Assembly: GCA_022563195.1 (NCBI GenBank)
Contig: JADFNV010000006.1
Coordinates: forward strand, 12,045 to 76,044
DNA length: 64,000 nucleotides
Source: Pseudomonadota bacterium
GTDB taxonomy: Bacteria > Pseudomonadota > Gammaproteobacteria > Steroidobacterales > Woeseiaceae
Direction: 5' to 3'
The notes beneath the pieces are model-generated. The model had not been told where the DNA came from, ran no database searches, and worked only from the letters and a program-made list of their open reading frames with translations. Below, in pieces: positions 57,022 to 64,000 of the stretch; positions within the stretch are counted from its first letter, which is position 1; each line of letters opens with the position of its first letter. The position numbers were made by a program, and so were the translations under genes.

Positions 57022-57446
57022 CACGGCCGGCAGTCCGGATGAATGCGTCGCAAGGGCACGACACCGGGTATTTGCTCGCGCTTAACCTCGCTCGGCGTCC
57101 TGCCTCACTCGCATCGGCCTGCGCTTGCTTGGGCGTCCTGCGTCGCAGCGCTACGGACGACGCGCGAGCAAACACACCGATACCGTGCCCCTGCTGAGTC
57201 TTGCGAGAAACTTCCCGCCCGCCGTTCCCACGAAGACCGGAGGGCGGCCACGATACGGTGGCTCGTCGAGCGTCGTCGAAGCCGAGCGGAGCAGGGACAG
57301 CGAGAGCGAGGATTCGCGGATTGGAGCGAGACAGGGATGTCGAAGCGACATTAAGCGAGAGGAGCTGCCGTGTTGGGGCCGCCATACAGACATCGCGGAA
57401 ATCGCCCGCATGTCTCGATCCCGCTTGACGGGAGCGGGCTCCTACA
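57022..57446 (+). repeat. Dispersed structured repeat element, copy C (core 57054-57383) ending in a GTAG-type REP
   Basis: Matches copies A and B; fills the fadD/hemE convergent gap; ends ATCGCCCGCATG...GCGGGCTCCTACA. Confidence 0.95.
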
Positions 57447-58506
57447 AGTGATACGCCGGGCTTAGCTCGTGCACCGCATCGACGAGCACGCCCAGGTGCT
57501 CGGGATCGACATCGGGTGTAATGCCGTGACCGAGATTGAAAACGTGTCCCGGGCCATCGCCGTAACTGGCGAGAACATCGGCAACGCCCTCGCGTATTGT
57601 CTCGGGTGATTCGAGCAATGTCGCCGGATCGAGATTTCCCTGCAACGCAACTTTGTCGGCAACATGCTTGCGGGCCGTTGCGAGATCTGTGGTCCAGTCA
57701 ACGCCGAGTGCATCGCAGTCGGTTTCAACCATGTCGGTGAGTAACGATCCCGCGCCCTTCGTAAACAGAATTACGGGAACACGACGGCCGTCGTTCTCGC
57801 GTGTGAGGCCGGCCACAATCTTTTGCATGCTCGCCAGTGAATAGCGACGATAGTCATCGCCGGCCAACGCAGCACCCCAGGTGTCAAACACCATAATGGC
57901 CTGCGCGCCCGCCGCAATCTGCCCATTCAGGTAGTCGATTGTCGTGTCGGTCACTGTGTCGAGCAGCAGTGTCATCGCCGCCGGATCGTCGGATATGAGT
58001 CCTTTGATCGTCGCGAAGTCGCGACTGGATTGCCCCTCTACCATGTAAGTCGCGACTGTCCAGGGGCTGCCGGCAAAGCCGATCAGCGGCACATCACCGT
58101 CAAGCTCGCACCTGACCGTCCGCATGGCATCGAAAACATAGCCGAGATCCGTTACAACGTCCGGTCGTTTGAGATTGCGAATGTCTACCAATGTTCTGAC
58201 CGGCCGCTCGAAGCGTGGGCCTTCGCCCGACTTAAAGTACAGGCCGAGCCCCATCGCATCGGGAACCGTCAGAATATCCGAGAATAAAATCGCCGCATCG
58301 AGCTTGAAGCGCCGCAATGGCTGTAGCGTCACTTCACAGGCGAGTTCAGGACTGCGACAGAGACTCATGAAGTCGCCGGCCAGCGCGCGCACCTCCCGGT
58401 ACTCCGGTAGATAACGTCCCGCCTGCCGCATGACCCAAACCGGCGTACGCGGAACAGGCTCGCGCAGCAGCGCTCGCAGTAATAAATCGTTCTTGAGCTC
58501 TGCCAT
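57442..58506 (-). CDS. hemE: Uroporphyrinogen decarboxylase
   Basis: [47 protein letters not shown]. Confidence 0.97.
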   Translation of the reverse strand: MAELKNDLLLRALLREPVPRTPVWVMRQAGRYLPEYREVRALAGDFMSLCRSPELACEVTLQPLRRFKLDAAILFSDILTVPDAMGLGLYFKSGEGPRFERPVRTLVDIRNLKRPDVVTDLGYVFDAMRTVRCELDGDVPLIGFAGSPWTVATYMVEGQSSRDFATIKGLISDDPAAMTLLLDTVTDTTIDYLNGQIAAGAQAIMVFDTWGAALAGDDYRRYSLASMQKIVAGLTRENDGRRVPVILFTKGAGSLLTDMVETDCDALGVDWTTDLATARKHVADKVALQGNLDPATLLESPETIREGVADVLASYGDGPGHVFNLGHGITPDVDPEHLGVLVDAVHELSPAYHL

Positions 58507-59222
58507 CAAGCTCCTGCCTGCGCGGCTATCGTCACCTGAATCGCTTCAGCTGCAGCGCGCGGACTATCTGCGTCACGAATCGGTCGGCCTACAACGATAT
58601 GATCGGCGCCGCTGGCGAATGCTTTTTCAACCGTCACAACACGTTTCTGGTCACCTTCTAGTTTGTTGTCAACCGGGCGAATACCGGGTGTCACAACGAG
58701 CAACTTCGAATCCAGATGCTCGCGGAGCATCGCGACCTCAAGCCCTGACGAGATGACACCATCGCAGCCAGCTTCGAGCGCCCGGCGCGCACGCGACAGC
58801 ACCAGCGCTTCGACATCACAATCGAATCCCAGGTCATCCAGGTCCCCGCGATCCAGGCTCGTTAACACCGTAACGCCGAGCACCTTCAGTGAATCACCCT
58901 TGTTCTCCGCGGCCGCCTGCATGATTGACTGATTGCCATGCACGGTCACATAAGTCGCACCCCGATCTTTGAGCTGTCGCACCGCGGAACCGACCGTTGC
59001 GGGAATATCGAAGAATTTCAGGTCACAAAAAACTTTCTTTTGCCTGGCGAGCAACCATTCAAGCAAATCGAAGTAGCCGCCGCTCATCATCAGCTCAAGA
59101 CCAATCTTGTAAAACGTGATGGCGTCACCGAGTTCCACAGCAAGCTCACGCGCCCGATCACAATCAGATACGTCCATTGCGAATATCAGTCGGTCCTGCG
59201 ATGGAATGGACTTGTCGCTCAC
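58506..59222 (-). CDS. pyrF: Orotidine-5'-phosphate decarboxylase
   Basis: [40 protein letters not shown]. Confidence 0.96.
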   Translation of the reverse strand: MSDKSIPSQDRLIFAMDVSDCDRARELAVELGDAITFYKIGLELMMSGGYFDLLEWLLARQKKVFCDLKFFDIPATVGSAVRQLKDRGATYVTVHGNQSIMQAAAENKGDSLKVLGVTVLTSLDRGDLDDLGFDCDVEALVLSRARRALEAGCDGVISSGLEVAMLREHLDSKLLVVTPGIRPVDNKLEGDQKRVVTVEKAFASGADHIVVGRPIRDADSPRAAAEAIQVTIAAQAGA

Positions 59223-59273
59223 CGTTCGGCCTCTCGCTTGATGCGCCGGACCACGTGCCGGCGGCGCATTCTA

Positions 59274-60404
59274 TCAGGCCATGATGCGTTCGTGTTCGGC
59301 AATCGCGTAGCGGTCCGTCATTCCAGCGATGTAATCAGCAACAATGCGGGCGCGGCCTGATTCATCCTTGTTCACCGTGGCCTGAGAATATTGCAATGGC
59401 ATGCGCTTTACATCTTCCATATACGCGGCGAACAAGTCGGAAATCATTGCCTGCACGCGCCTGGTCATTGCGAGCTTTTGCTCATGACGATAGAGATATT
59501 CGTTAAGAAACCGCTTCAAAGAAACATGCTGTTCATGGATATTTTCCGACATGACTACGAGCGTCTCGCCAAATTTACGTACATCGTCGATGGACTGCGG
59601 CGCTGCGGCATCGATGGCGCGTCGCGTGTTGTCGATGAGGTCCGTGACTACGGTATTGATCATGCGACGAATAATCTCGTAAATTAACCGTCGATCCTCG
59701 AGATCTGGATAACGTTCGTGCACCTCAATGTATTGCGATTCGAAAAGCGGCTGTTCCCGCAACTGCTCGAGGCTCAGCAGGCCTGCGCGAAAACCATCGT
59801 CGACATCATGATTGTTGTACGCGATCGCATCGGCGAGGTTGGCAATTTGTGCCTCGAGCCCGGGTTGTTGCCGTTTCAGAAACCGCTCCCCGACATCACC
59901 GAGTAACCTGGCGTTGCGCGCCGAACAATGCTTGAGAATCCCCTCGCGCGTCTCAAATGTCAGATTGAGGCCGGGAAAGTCCGCATACTTCGACTCGAGT
60001 TCATCGACCACACGCAGTGACTGCAGGTTGTGCTCGAATCCTCCGTAGTCACGCATGCAGGTGTTTAAGGTGTCTTGCCCGGCGTGTCCGAATGGCGTAT
60101 GTCCGATATCGTGCGCCAGGCAGATCGCTTCCGTGAGCGGCTCACTAAGCCGCAATGCCACGGCTATCGTTCGCGCAATCTGCGCCACCTCCAGAGAATG
60201 TGTCATCCGCGTGCGGTAGAGATCGCCTTCGTGATTGACGAAAACCTGGGTCTTGTAAACCAGACGACGAAATCCCGTCGAGTGAATGATGCGATCGCGA
60301 TCCCGATGAAACTCGCTTCGATAACTCGCTTTTTCTTCCTCGTAGCGCCTGCCCCGGCTTCGCAGTTCGTCGGCCGCGTAAGAAGCAAGTGACACGGTCT
60401 GCAT
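59274..60404 (-). CDS. dgt: dGTP triphosphohydrolase (HD domain)
   Basis: RDRDRIIHS..FRRL..KTQVF, RTRMTHSLEV, HDIGHTPFGHAG, DYIAGMTDRYA. Confidence 0.95.
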   Translation of the reverse strand: MQTVSLASYAADELRSRGRRYEEEKASYRSEFHRDRDRIIHSTGFRRLVYKTQVFVNHEGDLYRTRMTHSLEVAQIARTIAVALRLSEPLTEAICLAHDIGHTPFGHAGQDTLNTCMRDYGGFEHNLQSLRVVDELESKYADFPGLNLTFETREGILKHCSARNARLLGDVGERFLKRQQPGLEAQIANLADAIAYNNHDVDDGFRAGLLSLEQLREQPLFESQYIEVHERYPDLEDRRLIYEIIRRMINTVVTDLIDNTRRAIDAAAPQSIDDVRKFGETLVVMSENIHEQHVSLKRFLNEYLYRHEQKLAMTRRVQAMISDLFAAYMEDVKRMPLQYSQATVNKDESGRARIVADYIAGMTDRYAIAEHERIMA

Positions 60405-61474
60405 CAACCGGCCGACTTCAGTATCTGGTCCAGCATCTCCTCATCGTAACTCGATGTTACGAATGCCGAACCCAATTCATTAATCAGTACGAAGCGCAGC
60501 TGTTTGTTGGTCACTTTTTTATCCCTGCTCATGGCAGCTAGGAATTTTTCTGGGTCTATTTGCGGCGGGGCGACCGGCAGCCCGGCCTGTTGGATTAATG
60601 TGCGCAGGCGGTCTTCGTCATCCGTAGCGACCCTGCTCAGCGCGGTGGCCATCACCATGCCGGCCGCCACCGCCTCGCCATGCAACCATTCTCCGTAGCC
60701 CTCGCAGTATTCGATTGCATGACCGAAAGTGTGGCCAAAATTTAATATTGCACGTCGACCTGCCTCGCGTTCGTCTTCACTGACAATTTCCGCCTTGATT
60801 TCGCATGAGCGATAAATTGCCCTTGCGAGCGCCTCCGTTTCACGGCCAATCAAGGCCTCGATGTTGTCCTCCAGCCACGCGAAGAATTCAGCATCGGCAA
60901 TCGCCCCATACTTGATGACCTCTGCCAGGCCCGCCTTAAGCTCACGATCCGGAAGATGCTCGAGCGTATCGGTATCGATCAGCACAATCTGCGGCTGGTG
61001 AAATGCGCCAATCAGATTCTTTCCCTTCGCGTGATTGACGCCGGTCTTGCCACCGACCGAGGAGTCGACTTGTGCAAGCAGCGTTGTCGGTACTTGAATG
61101 AAGTTGATGCCGCGCATGTAACACGCCGCGGCAAAACCGGCGATGTCACCGACGACGCCACCGCCTAGCGCAATAAGCGTTGCATCCCTGTTGGCGCCGT
61201 CACTAACGAGCTGGTCGAGAATTGATTCGACGGTTGCTATTGTCTTGAACTCTTCGCCATCAGGCAGGCAAATCGATTCGACGTTTTTACCCGCAAGATT
61301 CACGATCACTGCATCAAGAAACAGCGGTGCGACTGTTTCATTAGTGACGATGAGGCAGTCGCTGCCCGAAACGTATTCGGCCAGGTTAAATTCGCCGCCT
61401 AATAGCCCGCTACCGATGACGATCGGATAGCTTCGCTCGCCGAGCTCGACGGTAATTGTGCGGGTCACTGACAT
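60404..61474 (-). CDS. aroB: 3-dehydroquinate synthase
   Basis: GGGVVGDIAGF, PTTLLAQVDSSVGGKT, LNFGHTFGHAIE, HGEAV. Confidence 0.97.
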   Translation of the reverse strand: MSVTRTITVELGERSYPIVIGSGLLGGEFNLAEYVSGSDCLIVTNETVAPLFLDAVIVNLAGKNVESICLPDGEEFKTIATVESILDQLVSDGANRDATLIALGGGVVGDIAGFAAACYMRGINFIQVPTTLLAQVDSSVGGKTGVNHAKGKNLIGAFHQPQIVLIDTDTLEHLPDRELKAGLAEVIKYGAIADAEFFAWLEDNIEALIGRETEALARAIYRSCEIKAEIVSEDEREAGRRAILNFGHTFGHAIEYCEGYGEWLHGEAVAAGMVMATALSRVATDDEDRLRTLIQQAGLPVAPPQIDPEKFLAAMSRDKKVTNKQLRFVLINELGSAFVTSSYDEEMLDQILKSAG

Positions 61475-61490
61475 GCACGATAGATTACCC

Positions 61491-61620
61491 TGTAGGAGCG
61501 GGCCGTACTATAAGTGCGCCGAAGTAATCGCCTAGCCGCAGTGGTGCTACCAGGACCCCGCGATATCCACAATGTGCGGGGCATCGCCCGCATGGCGGGC
61601 TCCTACAGTGGGCTCCTACA
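61491..61620. repeat. Cluster of GTAG-type REP sequences between aroK and aroB
   Basis: TGTAGGAGCGGGCC (61491), inverted ATCGCCCGCATGGCGGGCTCCTACA (61583-61607), tandem GGGCTCCTACA (61610-61620). Confidence 0.75.
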
Positions 61621-61657
61621 GGCAATCACGCGCGCGAAGCGGCGCGTGCACTGCGGA

Positions 61658-62167
61658 TCAGAGCCTTTCTAATATCTCGTTGGCGACGGCTTTGACTTTG
61701 CGGCCGTCCGTCTCGACGGTCAGGTCGGCAATCTCACGATACAGTGGATCACGTATGGCCATTAGCTCATTGAGAATTTGTTCGCGATTACCGTTCTCGA
61801 GCAACGGTCTCTCGCGACCTCTTTGCGTTCGAGCGAGTTGTTGCTCCACGGTTGTGTACAGATATATAACGAACCCGCGAGCGCCCAGGTGACTGCGGGT
61901 TTGGGGATCGACGACGGCCCCGCCGCCGGTTGCGAGAATAATGCCGTCCATGGCCGATAGATCGTCTATGGCTTTAGCTTCGCGCTTACGAAATCCATCT
62001 TCGCCTTCCTTCTCGAAGATGAACGAGATATCGACGCCTGTCCGCGACTCGATCTCGTCATCGCTGTCGACGAATGATAAGTGCAGCATGCGCGCAAGCT
62101 GCCGGCCGACGGCCGACTTGCCGGCGCCCATCGGGCCAATCAGAAAAAGGTTCTGCGGATGTTTCAT
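61658..62167 (-). CDS. aroK: Shikimate kinase
   Basis: GPMGAGKS, DSDDEIE, EGEDGFRKRE, ATGGG, RPLL, RDPLY; likely start MKHPQ at 62167. Confidence 0.96.
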   Translation of the reverse strand: MKHPQNLFLIGPMGAGKSAVGRQLARMLHLSFVDSDDEIESRTGVDISFIFEKEGEDGFRKREAKAIDDLSAMDGIILATGGGAVVDPQTRSHLGARGFVIYLYTTVEQQLARTQRGRERPLLENGNREQILNELMAIRDPLYREIADLTVETDGRKVKAVANEILERL

Positions 62168-62251
62168 TTCGAGGACAGTTTGATTAATTGCAACAATTGG
62201 AAATCCTGTGCGTAAAGTCGGGGGAATTAAGCAATCTATCCCCAAATATGA

Positions 62252-62277
62252 GAAAGCCAACCCGAAGGTTGGCTTTC
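62252..62277 (-). terminator. Hairpin / probable intrinsic terminator after pilQ
   Basis: GAAAGCCAACC-TTCG-GGTTGGCTTTC on the minus strand (UUCG loop), followed by an AT-rich tail. Confidence 0.65.
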
Positions 62278-62325
62278 GTCCTCGGAAATTTAAGACATAT
62301 ACCCAGGGTAAAGTCCCTTGTTTCC

Positions 62326-64000
62326 TTAGTAAATGTTCGTACTCTGTTCAAGAATTCGCGGTGTCACAAATATCAGGAGTTCGGCCTTATTGTGGACAAC
62401 TTTCTTGCTGCGAAACAGAAAGCCGACCGCGGGAATATCGCCGAGCAGTGGCACCTTGCTGATAGTCTCGCGGCGTTCCGTTTCGTAGATGCCACCCAGC
62501 ACTACCGTTTGTCCGTCCGCAACGAGCACCTGCGTCTCAATAGATCGGGTATCGATACTCGGTACCGTACCACCGAGTCCGCCCGTCGAAATGATCTGAC
62601 CGACGCTGTCTTTGTGAACCTTGAGATCCATGATGATGTTGTTATCCGGCGTAATCTGCGGCGTAACGGTCAAGCTCAGTACCGCTTTCTTGAACTGAAC
62701 CGTCGTAGCTCCGGAAGACGATGCCTGTTGATAGGGTATTTCAACGCCTTGCTCGATACGAGCTTCCTTCTGGTTAGCCGTGATAACTCGCGGCGTCGAG
62801 ATGATTTCGCCCCGACCCTCGGCTTCAAGCGCCGTCAATTCGAGGTCAACCAGAAATTCTGATTCGAGCACCGCCAGCGAGAATCGACCCGCCGCATCCG
62901 AGATCGGTACATTGACGTTGTAACGATTACTAAGGCTCGGCAAATTGATCGGGTAAATTGTGCCATTGGCCGGGTCTTGGAGGTTACTGAGTACCGAACC
63001 AATCATGGTGTCCGTGCCAATACCGGTGCCCGAAATAACGGTCACTCCGTCACTACTATTCTCGTTAAATGCCGTCACACCAAAGCGAACGCCCAGATCG
63101 CGGCTGAAATCGTCATTCACAACAACGATACGGGACTCAATCAATACCTGTTTGATTGGAACATCCAGCGTCCGCACCATGCGTCGAATATCCTTCAGGC
63201 TCTCCGCCGTGTCTTGTATAAGCAGTGTATTCGTGCGCTCATCCACCGCGATCGAGCCGCGGTCCGACAGCATCGCGTTACTGCTGGAGCCGGCGCCACT
63301 GATCAGCGCGGAGAGGTTTCCAGCCTTGGCATAATTCACTTGCAGGAATTCAGAATACAGCGGCTCGAGTTCACTTATCATCTGCTGTGCTTCAAGGTCA
63401 GCTGTTTCGCGTGCGGCGATTTCCTCGGCCGGAGCGACAATGATGACATTGCCGTTCTGGCGCATATCCAGCCCTTTCGTGGTCATAACGATATCGAGAG
63501 CCTGATCCCACGGAACATTTCTGAGCCGCAGAGTTACATTGCCCTGCACCGTATCGGACACTACGATATTTCGGCCTGATGTCTCGGCCAGCAGCTGCAG
63601 CACAGCGCGCGTTTCGATGTCCTGGAAGTTCAGCGTCAGACGTTGACCTTCATATTCTTTGGTTTCCGAGAACAGGCTCGAACCCTCTGCCAGCTCTGCG
63701 GCCACTGGATTGATCTCGATCGTGAATTCATTGTCCGACTGATAGGCAAGCTGCTCATACTTTCCTTCTGCGGAGATTATGATCCGTGTATCGCGATTTG
63801 TCCGCAGCGAATCGACTGTCGTGACAGGTGTCGCAAAGTCCATGACATCGAGTCGACGCATTAACTCGGCCGGCAAGTGCGTATTCTTGAAAACTGCAAC
63901 TACGCGACCGCCTTCCTGGCGAATATCGACTGGCGTCGACGGGTCCGACAGGATTACGACGATGCGACCACCTCCATCTCTTGTACGACGGAAATCAATG
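62326..64000 (-). CDS. pilQ: Type IV pilus secretin (5' end beyond window)
   Basis: Frame open to the window edge (IDFRRT...RLDVMDFATPV); LNFQDIE, VPWDQALD, QVLIESRIV, GVEIPY, VPLLGDIP, ELLIFVTPRI. Confidence 0.96.
   Translation of the reverse strand, partial: IDFRRTRDGGGRIVVILSDPSTPVDIRQEGGRVVAVFKNTHLPAELMRRLDVMDFATPVTTVDSLRTNRDTRIIISAEGKYEQLAYQSDNEFTIEINPVAAELAEGSSLFSETKEYEGQRLTLNFQDIETRAVLQLLAETSGRNIVVSDTVQGNVTLRLRNVPWDQALDIVMTTKGLDMRQNGNVIIVAPAEEIAARETADLEAQQMISELEPLYSEFLQVNYAKAGNLSALISGAGSSSNAMLSDRGSIAVDERTNTLLIQDTAESLKDIRRMVRTLDVPIKQVLIESRIVVVNDDFSRDLGVRFGVTAFNENSSDGVTVISGTGIGTDTMIGSVLSNLQDPANGTIYPINLPSLSNRYNVNVPISDAAGRFSLAVLESEFLVDLELTALEAEGRGEIISTPRVITANQKEARIEQGVEIPYQQASSSGATTVQFKKAVLSLTVTPQITPDNNIIMDLKVHKDSVGQIISTGGLGGTVPSIDTRSIETQVLVADGQTVVLGGIYETERRETISKVPLLGDIPAVGFLFRSKKVVHNKAELLIFVTPRILEQSTNIY

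Noticed and set aside
34647..57446. Repeat copies as a CRISPR array or an IS element
   Set aside because: Copies are dispersed, not tandem with spacers; no cas genes, transposase, terminal inverted repeats or target duplication are visible.

Overview
A 64-kb bacterial chromosomal segment whose gene content (pilQ-aroK-aroB-dgt, tesA/ybbAP, mutY-yggX, yajQ) indicates a Gammaproteobacterium. The left ~7.7 kb is the end of a defence-carrying genomic island integrated at tRNA-Phe(GAA). It carries type I R-M hsdS/hsdM, an AbiEi/AbiEii type IV toxin-antitoxin pair, two different tyrosine recombinases and an excisionase-like gene. A respiratory supercluster follows: an alternative complex III (actA-B1-B2-C-D-E-F) divergent from a dihaem cytochrome c and a CuA heme-copper oxidase operon whose subunit II carries two fused haem c domains, plus a stand-alone CoxII transmembrane fragment. 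The rest is mostly housekeeping: ald/aldR, egtD, ppk2, mutY, asmA, an ECF sigma module, a GGDEF-EAL protein, a complete trpEGDCFBA operon with an unannotated Trp attenuator, ppc, an iodotyrosine-deiodinase-like nitroreductase, fadD, hemE, pyrF, dgt, aroB, aroK and pilQ. The two most notable unexplained items are (1) a three-copy ~330-430 bp intergenic element built from two inverted, homologous multi-hairpin units with CsrA/RsmA-type GGA loops, two copies of which are flanked by GTAG-type REPs, and (2) an orphan protein that looks like a degenerate ribonucleotide-reductase barrel. All assignments come from reading motifs by eye; no database searches were run.
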